Part shown: positions 55,588 to 64,000 of the stretch, piece after piece
How the letters are laid out: every line of letters begins with the position of its first letter
How positions within the stretch are numbered: the first letter of the stretch is position 1
The notes under the pieces: generated by a model
Told to the model about the DNA's origin: nothing
Database searches by the model: none
What the model saw: only the letters and a program-made list of their open reading frames with translations
Position numbers and translations under genes: made by a program
DNA from: an uncultured Gammaproteobacteria bacterium
GTDB lineage: Bacteria; Patescibacteriota; Microgenomatia; UBA8517
Assembly: GCA_964617045.1 (NCBI GenBank)
Contig: CAZTVZ010000003.1
Location: forward strand, 32,257 to 96,256
Direction of reading: 5' to 3'
DNA length: 64,000 nucleotides

Positions 55588-57351
55588 ATGTTTAAACTTA
55601 AAAAACCGAAAATTAAGCTTAAAGGAATTTTTAAAAAAATGCTTCCCTATTTGACGATAATTACATTATTCATCGCAACCCTCTCGGGATACTTTTTATA
55701 CTATTCCGGGAAAATATACCCCAACATATTTGTAGCAGGAATTTCCGTTGGAGGACTCTCCCCTCAAGAAGCGATAGAAAAGCTTGGATACTCGATTAAA
55801 CCTTTGGACAAAGTAGTACTTGTTCATGAAGAAACAGTTACAGATATCCCCCTGAAAGAAATTGATACCGAATATGATTTTCCGGAAACGATAAGGGCGG
55901 CATATGAATATACCAGGACAGGAAATTTTATTTATGACATTGGAACAAGAATAAATATTCTACAAAATAAACCTAATCTGGGCTTAAGAGTATCGGTTAA
56001 CGAGGAAAAGCTACAAAAAATAATTGATGATTTTTCAGAGAAGATTGGAAGCGAACCGATATACCCAATTGCTACTGTTGAAAATAAGTCAGTGGTAATT
56101 GTTCAAGGAAAAGACGGAACAATTGTTGACAAGGAGAAAGCGCGTCTGGAAATAGGCCAAAATATAACGTATCTGTCCAACTCTCCAATAAATATCGAGA
56201 CAAGGCTCATTAGTACCAAGCTTAATGAAGAAGAAGAACAGTCTCTCAGATCAAGAGCAGAAAAACTAATAAACAAAGCCATCAATTTAAAATTCGAGTA
56301 TTCGAATTATTCCATCAAGGGGAATCTCCTTCTTTCATTCCTTGACGCAAGAAAAATACACGATCAGGAAAAAATAATTGCATATATTGAAGAGGTATCT
56401 TCGGGGATAGACAGGGATCCTCAAGAACCTGTTTTTGTTTTTGAAGAAGGACGAGTAAAGGATTTTGCCGCCAGCAGAGATGGTGTGTCCGTTAAAAAAG
56501 AATCCCTTTTTGACTTAATTATTGGAAATATTACCTTACTGGAAACAGGAGAAGATTCTTCCGTTGAAGTTGAAATACCTGTCAAAAGAACATCTCCAAA
56601 AGTTGGAACGGACAGTGTTAACAATCTTGGAATTAATGAGCTAATTGGAAGAGGAACTTCAAAATATGTTGGGTCTATTCCCAACAGGGTTCACAATATA
56701 AACCTGGCAACTTCCAGATTTAAGGGGATTCTTATTGCTCCCGGAGAAACTTTTTCCTTTAACGAAAAACTGGGAGATGTTTCCGAAATGACAGGATACA
56801 AACAGGCATATGTGATAAAAGAAGGAAAAACAGTGCTTGGAGACGGAGGTGGAGTTTGCCAAGTATCTTCAACTTTGTTCAGGGCAATACTCGATGCAGG
56901 CCTTCCGGTTGTTGAAAGACAAGCACATGCCTACAGGGTTGGTTATTATGAACAAGGTTCTGCACCGGGTTTTGACGCTACCGTTTATTCTCCACATCCC
57001 GATTTGAAGTTTCAAAACGATACTCCTGGTCACATTTTGATACAACCAATAATCGATTTGAAAAACTATTCTTTAATATTTGAAATTTATGGAACAGATG
57101 ACGGAAGAATATCGGAAATAGGCAAGCCGGTAATAACAAACCAGTCGGCTCCAGCAGAAGACTTATATATTGACGACCCCACGCTCCCTGCCGGAACAGT
57201 AAAACAGATTGAACATAAGGCTTGGGGCGCAAAAGTTACTTTTACCTATAAGGTCACAAGAAACGGAGAAAAGCTAATAGACAGAACTTTCATATCCAAT
57301 TATCGACCCTGGCAGGCGGTATATCTCAGAGGGACCGGACCTGCAATTTAA
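55588..57351 (+). CDS. VanW family protein with putative peptidoglycan-binding repeats
   Basis: N-terminal TM; NRVHNINLA, PGETFSFNE.LG, GGGVCQVSSTLFRA, GFDATVY, DLKFQND; ATG 55588. Confidence 0.92.
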   Translation: MFKLKKPKIKLKGIFKKMLPYLTIITLFIATLSGYFLYYSGKIYPNIFVAGISVGGLSPQEAIEKLGYSIKPLDKVVLVHEETVTDIPLKEIDTEYDFPETIRAAYEYTRTGNFIYDIGTRINILQNKPNLGLRVSVNEEKLQKIIDDFSEKIGSEPIYPIATVENKSVVIVQGKDGTIVDKEKARLEIGQNITYLSNSPINIETRLISTKLNEEEEQSLRSRAEKLINKAINLKFEYSNYSIKGNLLLSFLDARKIHDQEKIIAYIEEVSSGIDRDPQEPVFVFEEGRVKDFAASRDGVSVKKESLFDLIIGNITLLETGEDSSVEVEIPVKRTSPKVGTDSVNNLGINELIGRGTSKYVGSIPNRVHNINLATSRFKGILIAPGETFSFNEKLGDVSEMTGYKQAYVIKEGKTVLGDGGGVCQVSSTLFRAILDAGLPVVERQAHAYRVGYYEQGSAPGFDATVYSPHPDLKFQNDTPGHILIQPIIDLKNYSLIFEIYGTDDGRISEIGKPVITNQSAPAEDLYIDDPTLPAGTVKQIEHKAWGAKVTFTYKVTRNGEKLIDRTFISNYRPWQAVYLRGTGPAI

Positions 57352-57366
57352 GATATAATTCGCTTT

Positions 57367-58380
57367 ATGAAAATACTCGCAATAGAAACCAGTTGTGATG
57401 AAACATCCGTCGCTATTGTTGAAAACGGAAGAAAGATTCTTGCAAATATCGTTGCCAGCTCTGCTGATATGCATGCCAAAACAGGAGGCATTATTCCCGA
57501 ACAGGCAGCAAGACAGCAAGTTGTCAGCATCATACCTGTCCTTTCGGAAGCACTAAAATCGGCAGGTCTTGACCATAATCAAATAGACAAAATTGCTGTT
57601 ACCACAGGTCCAGGATTAATTGGGAGTCTTCTTGTGGGTATCGAAACTGCCAGAACTCTTTCTCTAATCTGGAATAAACCGATCATCCCCGTAAACCATT
57701 TAATAGCGCACCTTTACGCAAATTGGCTGATGGAAGGAGAGGAACCACAGTTCCCTGCAGTTGCGATGGTTGTATCAGGAGGTCACACAGACATCATTAT
57801 GATGAATTACCATAATGACATCGAGTGGATCGGTGGAACAAGAGACGATGCTGCGGGAGAAGCGTTCGACAAAACGGCAAGATTGCTGGGACTTCCCTAT
57901 CCAGGAGGACCGGCAATAGGGAAATCTGCCCAAGAATATATTGATAATAACCCCAATGACAAATTGAACTATTTTCCCCGCCCATTGCTGGGAGACAATA
58001 ACTATGACTTAAGTTTTTCAGGATTAAAAACAGCCGTTTTAAGAGAATCAGAGAAAAAAATAATGGATAATAGGAAGTTGGCAGCAGAAGTTCAGGAAGC
58101 AATAATTGATGTTCTTGTCGGAAAAACAATTAAAGCTGTTGAAGAATACAAACCTAAAAGTTTGTTGTTGGCAGGAGGAGTATCAGCCAACGGAAGACTT
58201 GCCGACAGGTTTAGAAAAGAAACCGAAAATATTAAATCCACCAATTTCTTCATTCCTCCTCCTAAGCTTTGTACGGACAATGCCGCATATATTGCATCCT
58301 GTGCTTTTTACAATCAAAGAGAAACAGATCCTTTCGAAATAGACGCAACCGCCGACCTGAGTATAACCGGGCAAGTTTAA
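57367..58380 (+). CDS. tsaD: tRNA N6-adenosine threonylcarbamoyltransferase TsaD
   Basis: ILAIETSCDET, GPGLIGSL, NHLIAH, VSGGHT, TRDDAAGEAFDK, GGVSAN, CTDNAA. Confidence 0.98.
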   Translation: MKILAIETSCDETSVAIVENGRKILANIVASSADMHAKTGGIIPEQAARQQVVSIIPVLSEALKSAGLDHNQIDKIAVTTGPGLIGSLLVGIETARTLSLIWNKPIIPVNHLIAHLYANWLMEGEEPQFPAVAMVVSGGHTDIIMMNYHNDIEWIGGTRDDAAGEAFDKTARLLGLPYPGGPAIGKSAQEYIDNNPNDKLNYFPRPLLGDNNYDLSFSGLKTAVLRESEKKIMDNRKLAAEVQEAIIDVLVGKTIKAVEEYKPKSLLLAGGVSANGRLADRFRKETENIKSTNFFIPPPKLCTDNAAYIASCAFYNQRETDPFEIDATADLSITGQV

Positions 58381-58410
58381 TTAAGCTCGATTGTTAGATA
58401 TAATCAAGCC

Positions 58411-60480
58411 ATGGAGAAATTTTACGATCATATAAAATTTGAAAAAGATATTTATACCCTTTGGGAAAAAAGCGGAGCGTTAACACCAGAAATCGAAAAG
58501 GGTAAAAGGCCATACACAATAATAATGCCTCCCCCCAACGCCAACGACAATCTTCACATCGGCCATGCAAGATTTATAACTATCGAGGATACTCTCGCAA
58601 GATATTTTAGATTAAAAGGGTTTCCAACTCTCTGGCTTCCCGGCGCAGACCATGCCGGAATTGAAACACAATTTGTTTTTGAGAAAAAACTTAAGAAGGA
58701 AGGCAAGTCTAGGTTTGATTTCGGAAGAGAGGAATTATATCGAATGATTTGGAAATATGTTTTCGAAAACAAGGACAACATGGAAGGGCAGCTAAAAGCA
58801 TTGGGGGCATCCTGTGATTGGACAAGAAACAGATTTACTTTAGATCCAGATATAGTAAATATTGTGTACGATACCTTTTATAAACTCCATAAAGATGGCC
58901 TTATATACCGTGGAGAAAGAATCGTAAATTATTGTCCCAGATGCGGAACGGCATTCTCACAACTTGAAGTTGAATCAGAAGAAAGAACTGACAACTTGTA
59001 TTATTTAGACTACGGTTCAGTCAAAATAGCAACAAGCAGACCTGAAACAATTTTTGCTGACGTGGCAATTGCTGTTAATCCCGAGGACTCAAAATATAAA
59101 ACACTGGTTGGTTCAAGTGCGACTATTCCCCTAATCGGTCGCCAAATACCAATCATCGCGGATAAAATGGTTGAAAAAGAATTTGGTACCGGAGCTTTAA
59201 AAATTACTCCAGGTCATGACCAGGCTGATTTTGAAATAGGACAAAGACATAACCTTCCAATCATTTCTCTTATTGATGAAACAGGAAGAATGATTAACAC
59301 TCCCGAAAAATACATCGGAATGAAGGTGGAAAAAGCCAGAGAAGAAATTGTTCAAGATTTGGAAAAAGCTGGAGTGTTGGTCAAAATCGAACCATTAAAA
59401 CACGTCGTCGGCGTGTGTTACAGAGACAGGGGGATACTGGAACCCATGATTTCCAAACAATGGTTTATTAAAGTCGAGCCTCTTGCAAAAAGAGCTTTAA
59501 AAGCAATTGCTGACAAAGAAGTAAGGTTTGCCAGCAAAAGATACGAAAAAATTGCAAAACATTGGTTAAACAATCTTCGGGATTGGAACATCAGTAGACA
59601 AATCGTTTGGGGAATAAGAATACCTGCATATAGGTGCGAAAAATGTATGGAATGGATAATTACCAAAGGAGAAAAACCAAACAAATGCGGTTGTGGAGGA
59701 ACCGAATTTATTCAAGATGCTGACACGTTTGATACATGGTTCTCTTCGGGACAGTGGCCATTTGCCACGTTAAAATCGTGGAGCGAAAAAGATTTTGAGT
59801 ATTTTTACCCCACAAGCGTAATGGAAACTGGATATGACATTCTCCCCTTCTGGGTACTTAGGATGTTAATGTTGGGACTTTACGTTACAGGAAAAGTTCC
59901 TTTTGAAAACATTCTTCTTCACGGACTTGTTCGAGACAAAGAAGGCCAAAAAATCAGCAAATCTAAAGGTAATGTGATTGACCCTCAAGACATGGCAAAT
60001 AAATACGGCGCAGATGCCGTAAGAATGAGTCTGGTTTGGGGAACTCTTATAGAAAACGATATTGCATTATCCGAAGACAATATAAGAGGTCAAAGAAATT
60101 TCGCTAATAAAATATGGAATATTTCCCGATTTGTGTTTATGAATGAGCGGGGTAAAAAAACAATTCAAAATGAGGACGATAAATGGATATTATCGGAATT
60201 TAAAAAAACAGCCAGGAAAGTATCGTCATTAATTGAAAAATATCGACTAAACGAAGCAGCCGAACTTCTCTACGATTTTACATGGAAAAAATTGGCCGAC
60301 CAATATTTGGAAAAGATTAAAGACAGAAAGGAAGAGGCCCAATACACATTGGAAAAAGTGCTGGAAAGTACTTTAATAATTCTTCATCCTTTTATGCCTT
60401 TCGTTACCGAGGCAATATGGCAACAAGGAAAAGAAAGATTCAGTTCTCCCCAGCTTATAACCGCCAAGTGGCCGAAATAA
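58411..60480 (+). CDS. valS: Valine--tRNA ligase (short form without C-terminal coiled coil)
   Basis: PPPN...LHIGHA, PGADHAGIETQ, GTGALKITPGHD, DWNISRQI.WG, DTWFSS, KISKS, LHPFMPFVTE. Confidence 0.97.
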   Translation: MEKFYDHIKFEKDIYTLWEKSGALTPEIEKGKRPYTIIMPPPNANDNLHIGHARFITIEDTLARYFRLKGFPTLWLPGADHAGIETQFVFEKKLKKEGKSRFDFGREELYRMIWKYVFENKDNMEGQLKALGASCDWTRNRFTLDPDIVNIVYDTFYKLHKDGLIYRGERIVNYCPRCGTAFSQLEVESEERTDNLYYLDYGSVKIATSRPETIFADVAIAVNPEDSKYKTLVGSSATIPLIGRQIPIIADKMVEKEFGTGALKITPGHDQADFEIGQRHNLPIISLIDETGRMINTPEKYIGMKVEKAREEIVQDLEKAGVLVKIEPLKHVVGVCYRDRGILEPMISKQWFIKVEPLAKRALKAIADKEVRFASKRYEKIAKHWLNNLRDWNISRQIVWGIRIPAYRCEKCMEWIITKGEKPNKCGCGGTEFIQDADTFDTWFSSGQWPFATLKSWSEKDFEYFYPTSVMETGYDILPFWVLRMLMLGLYVTGKVPFENILLHGLVRDKEGQKISKSKGNVIDPQDMANKYGADAVRMSLVWGTLIENDIALSEDNIRGQRNFANKIWNISRFVFMNERGKKTIQNEDDKWILSEFKKTARKVSSLIEKYRLNEAAELLYDFTWKKLADQYLEKIKDRKEEAQYTLEKVLESTLIILHPFMPFVTEAIWQQGKERFSSPQLITAKWPK

Positions 60481-60529
60481 TTGGCTTGATAAACCAAGAG
60501 GCTTAATTCATAATCTTATTAGATTTCTT

Positions 60530-60910
60530 ATGCCCAAAAAATCTAAGAATAAAAAAGTCAGTAAAAAAATATCCTTTAGAAAAGAGATCGTCTATTTATG
60601 CTCTTGTTGTGCAGTAATCCTAATTGCACTTCTCACAACAGCAAACATGAATCAGTTTGTAAAAACAAACAATGTCTTGGGAGCAAACAACAAAATAATT
60701 GACGAGACACCGCAAATGCTTCAAAACCAAAAGGAATATTGGTTATCATTTTTGGATGAACATCCCGGATATTTGGACGGGTGGATTGAACTAACTCGCA
60801 TAAGTCTTGAACAAGGGGATACGGTCCAAGCAAGAATATATTTCGACAAAGCCAATGAAATATCTCCCAACTCCAGTAAAATAATGCCTTATAAAGAAGT
60901 GTTTAAATAA
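60530..60910 (+). CDS. Membrane-anchored TPR-like protein
   Basis: N-terminal TM, VLG motif, HPGYLDGWIEL...G....A...F.KA..I.PN single TPR-like unit. Confidence 0.7.
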   Translation: MPKKSKNKKVSKKISFRKEIVYLCSCCAVILIALLTTANMNQFVKTNNVLGANNKIIDETPQMLQNQKEYWLSFLDEHPGYLDGWIELTRISLEQGDTVQARIYFDKANEISPNSSKIMPYKEVFK

Positions 60911-60912
60911 TA

Positions 60913-61587
60913 TTATTCTTGAGGTGTTTCTTCAGAGGCTGTTTCGGATACTTCTCCCTCTTTTTTCTCACCTTCTGCTTCAGTTTCTTCACCTTCAGCA
61001 GGAATTGGTGCTTCTTCTTCTTTTTGAGGTGGTTCTACTTTTGCAAGAACAGCTTCAACATCTGTTAAAATTGTAACTTTTGAGGAATCGTAAGAAAGAT
61101 CTTTTACAAATATCGTTTGTTCGACTTCGGCCATATTAGAAATATCTACAACAAATTTTTCCGGAAGGTCTGCAGGCAATGCTTCCACTTCTACTTCGTC
61201 AAAATACAATACAACTGTTCCAATACCCTGCTGTTCGGCCGGGGATTCTCCTGATATTTCAACAGGTACGTTTGCTGAAATCTTCTCTGTCAAATCAACA
61301 GCTCTAAAATCAACATGCATGGGCTCATCGGAAAGCGGATCGCTTTGAAGATTAGATATTAGAACAACTTTGTTTGTTTCTTTTCCGTTTTCTATGGAAA
61401 GATCAATAAGTCCTGTTTCTCCTACCTTTTCGAATATACTTTTAAAAGAATCTAAAGGAAGTTCAATCGCAATTGAATCCATATTCTTTCCGAAAACATT
61501 TCCCGGAAGAATTCCTTGTTTTCGAAGGTTTTTGACTTTCCTTCCTGCAACTGTCCTTGCTTTAGCTGTAAGTTTTACTTTATCCAT
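60913..61587 (-). CDS. rplY: 50S ribosomal protein L25/Ctc
   Basis: LTAKAR..GRKVKNLRKQG.LPGNVFG, HVDFRAV, VEALPADLPE, acidic tail. Confidence 0.95.
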   Translation of the reverse strand: MDKVKLTAKARTVAGRKVKNLRKQGILPGNVFGKNMDSIAIELPLDSFKSIFEKVGETGLIDLSIENGKETNKVVLISNLQSDPLSDEPMHVDFRAVDLTEKISANVPVEISGESPAEQQGIGTVVLYFDEVEVEALPADLPEKFVVDISNMAEVEQTIFVKDLSYDSSKVTILTDVEAVLAKVEPPQKEEEAPIPAEGEETEAEGEKKEGEVSETASEETPQE

Positions 61588-61589
61588 TT

Positions 61590-64000
61590 TTACCAGCCGA
61601 GTCTGACAAAAAGATCTCGTGCTAGGTTCGTATTATATACGTAGAACCCACTTCGGGTCAAGGCAAATGAAGGCCAGGTGTTTACTTTCAGTCCATAAGG
61701 AGGCGAATATGTAAGATTTATTGTATCCTCATCGGTTCCAGACTGCTTGCGTACATATAAACGATATTCCCCTTGCGATGTGAAATCGAGCACTGAAGGC
61801 AATCTCCAGGATACAACTACTGTTTTTTTCTGTGAAGGGAGAACTTCCAGCAAAAGTCCAAGCTCCTCTCTTTCGGACATTTCATCAATTTGTACATCAA
61901 GGGGCATTCGCGTTTCACCACTAAGCTGGTATGCTTCCACGGACACAGCATCTTTGGGGACAATTATTCTTAAGAAATTCTTATATACACCCGTTAATCC
62001 CATTCCTTGACCAGCATTATTCTTGTATACGATCGATAGTTTTTTATCAATAAAACCTTGGTCAAATTTTGTGTCCAGCCCCACACTTCTTTCAACAAAA
62101 TAGTTAGATTTATTTACACCCAAGTTTGCGTCTACAAGTCCAAAAAAATCTGCCTGACAATTTCCTGTGCATTTTGGAATATACACCTCACCGGAATATC
62201 CCTGAGAAGATATTACTTTCTGCACTTCCCTGTCATGAACAAACAGCTGAATATGCTTTTCTCCAAGAAGAGATAAAAGGGTTTCGCCAAGCGGGTAAAT
62301 ATTTTTTCCTTCCAAAGATGTAATTTCGGTTATTAGTTGTTGTGTAAGTGCACTTAAAAAATTTGCCTTTTTGTACGATCCGGGGAAAAAGTTGTTTTCA
62401 ACTTCGAGTTGGGTTTTTTCGTACAAGTTGTCGTAATTTATCTGGGTATTAAAATCCGTCAGAGTAACTGGCCCCGTTATCTTAACCAACTCTTTTGCCA
62501 CAGCAAGGTCTATCGATATTACTCCGTCTACTTTGACATCTATCTCTTTTTCCAAAAACCATTCTATCCTTTTTGCGGAAGTCGGGAAATCGGGATCCCA
62601 ATTCGAATCCCTCAGATACCAGTTGGCCTCTCCCAAGACCTCTCTAATTGGCTTTGGCGGCTCCACGTGGCCTTTTAATTGTCCGTCTGCGGCATATACA
62701 TCTTGTACATCAATATTGGTCATTCTACCCTTCTCAAAATGAACAATCGCAAACGAGCCGATAAACCCCCCTGTTGGTCTTAACTCCATATTATTTTGAA
62801 AAACAATCAGATACTTCTTCTGTTCCCTGTCTCCCAACAATTCCGGCATTCTGTCCACCACCGTCTTACCAGAAAGCAACCCTTCTTTTACGGAGTCTAT
62901 ATCAACGCTTTCAATGTATCTTTTAAACAAATCGACCTTAAATACTTTAGATGCTTTTATTTCCCCTTCCAAAAATGAAATTCGTCTATACAGATCATCA
63001 AGTCCAAGTGAAAGTTCCGAGGTGTAAGGTTTTATGTCGTATGGTGAATCTCCAAACACTTTATCAAAAAGATCTGTTGCATTTTGAAAAACAACGTGCA
63101 TTTCCGAACCAATTTCAGATCCAGAGAATACAGCTGAAGAAATATCATAGGAGGGAGAATAGACAAATCCCAAAAGAGGAATTGCAGATAACGGTTGGGA
63201 AATGTTTTTACCGGACAAAGCAATACTTCGGCTTACCTTAAATGAATTATTTGCTGATTCAAAATGTTGATCTTTAATATTCGTTACACCGGACTTGAAA
63301 GCAATAAGTGAAATTCCAGCAATCAAATATGGGAATATAAATATCAATGTTACAGGCAATAACACTTTTAGATATTTTCTAAAACCACCTTGCCATGCAA
63401 CCTTTGGTTTATTGATTCGGGGAAAATCGATGTTCGGGAATGCCCACTCTCTTTTCTTAATAGGCATTTGTACTTTTGGCTTTACTTCTACAGGGCCTTC
63501 AATTGTTGGTGTATTAATTATTTCTTTTTGTTTATTTTCAAAAGAAGGAGGATGAGCAGCAAACCAGCCGAATGTTTCATTTAATGCACCATCAATAATT
63601 TTTTGTGTTTTTAGTACAACCTCGTTTTGATTTTCTTGAACCTTTTTCCCGTCTTTTAAGACAAATACTCTGTTTGGGAACTTTTGTAATAATAACTTAT
63701 GAATATCCAAGGCGCTCAATTTTTCAGAATATATGGAAATGTTTTCTGCAGGTGGACCAAAAGAAAACATTATCTTAACAATTTCTTTCGAAAGGTCAGG
63801 AATAAATGTTGGATAATAATTTTCGTTGGTATTAATACTTATGGTTTTTGTTGTGAGAATGTCTTTGATAATGGAAGAAAGGCCTTCTCTAAAATCCATT
63901 CTGGGTCCCAACAAATCACCATAATAAATGTTTAAAGAGGAAGTCCCTTTATTATTAGTGTTTTTAATAGGCAACAAGGTAATAGTTTTTGAGTTATTAA
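61590..64000 (-). CDS. DUF4012-domain membrane protein, 5' end outside the window
   Basis: YLIVFQNNMELRPTGGFIGS, LRDSNWDPDFPTSA, VDGVI, DANLGVNKSN, KQSGT; the frame has no stop up to 64000. Confidence 0.85.
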   Translation of the reverse strand, partial: NNSKTITLLPIKNTNNKGTSSLNIYYGDLLGPRMDFREGLSSIIKDILTTKTISINTNENYYPTFIPDLSKEIVKIMFSFGPPAENISIYSEKLSALDIHKLLLQKFPNRVFVLKDGKKVQENQNEVVLKTQKIIDGALNETFGWFAAHPPSFENKQKEIINTPTIEGPVEVKPKVQMPIKKREWAFPNIDFPRINKPKVAWQGGFRKYLKVLLPVTLIFIFPYLIAGISLIAFKSGVTNIKDQHFESANNSFKVSRSIALSGKNISQPLSAIPLLGFVYSPSYDISSAVFSGSEIGSEMHVVFQNATDLFDKVFGDSPYDIKPYTSELSLGLDDLYRRISFLEGEIKASKVFKVDLFKRYIESVDIDSVKEGLLSGKTVVDRMPELLGDREQKKYLIVFQNNMELRPTGGFIGSFAIVHFEKGRMTNIDVQDVYAADGQLKGHVEPPKPIREVLGEANWYLRDSNWDPDFPTSAKRIEWFLEKEIDVKVDGVISIDLAVAKELVKITGPVTLTDFNTQINYDNLYEKTQLEVENNFFPGSYKKANFLSALTQQLITEITSLEGKNIYPLGETLLSLLGEKHIQLFVHDREVQKVISSQGYSGEVYIPKCTGNCQADFFGLVDANLGVNKSNYFVERSVGLDTKFDQGFIDKKLSIVYKNNAGQGMGLTGVYKNFLRIIVPKDAVSVEAYQLSGETRMPLDVQIDEMSEREELGLLLEVLPSQKKTVVVSWRLPSVLDFTSQGEYRLYVRKQSGTDEDTINLTYSPPYGLKVNTWPSFALTRSGFYVYNTNLARDLFVRLGW

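Noticed and set aside
55588-57351. VanW plus FemABX as a glycopeptide resistance locus
   Set aside because: No vanHAX or vanRS; VanW-domain and FemABX proteins are widespread cell-wall proteins.
547-63935. Many 60-250 aa antisense or alternate-frame ORFs (e.g. 2581-3162, 8497-9042, 48571-49284, 51497-52261)
   Set aside because: They lie within well-supported genes, lack recognisable motifs and are expected shadows of codon bias.

Overview
64 kb of AT-rich, very gene-dense chromosome read with the standard bacterial genetic code. It most likely comes from a Candidate Phyla Radiation (Patescibacteria) bacterium of the Microgenomates group, possibly Woesebacteria-like. This is inferred from the many domain-trimmed core proteins and CPR-typical families (baseplate-J-like membrane protein, DUF4012, YYY membrane protein). 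Core genes: rpoB (5' end), mltG, ruvX, alaS, ftsK, rnj, UDG, a protease-less Lon ATPase, pnp, rpsO, infB, nusA, hrcA-grpE-dnaK-dnaJ, murJ, rpsT, two UvrD-family helicases (one fused to a RecB-like nuclease), rmuC, metG, tRNA-Cys, galU, groES-groEL, tsaD, valS and rplY. There is also a monoderm-type envelope toolkit: sortase, LCP, FemABX, WecA/TagO, GT2 and GT-C glycosyltransferases, a UbiA-family phosphoribosyltransferase, an M23 peptidase and VanW. The most unusual locus is 25.2-33 kb. There, pilN/pilO-like genes lead into Thr/Pro-rich surface proteins, several of them Cys-rich. Three share an ungapped 19-aa N-terminal membrane motif (GLxAGhhLVxxxxxhRxxA), three end in [L/I/T]P[D/E][A/S]G sortase-type signals, one carries five knottin-like repeats, and a GT-C-like YYY protein follows. 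Non-coding signals include tandem CIRCE elements, terminator-like leaders on rpoB and nusA, a multi-hairpin leader with a possible pseudoknot on the M23 gene, and many apparently leaderless promoters. No rRNA, CRISPR array or mobile element was seen. All assignments come from reading motifs by eye; no database searches were run.
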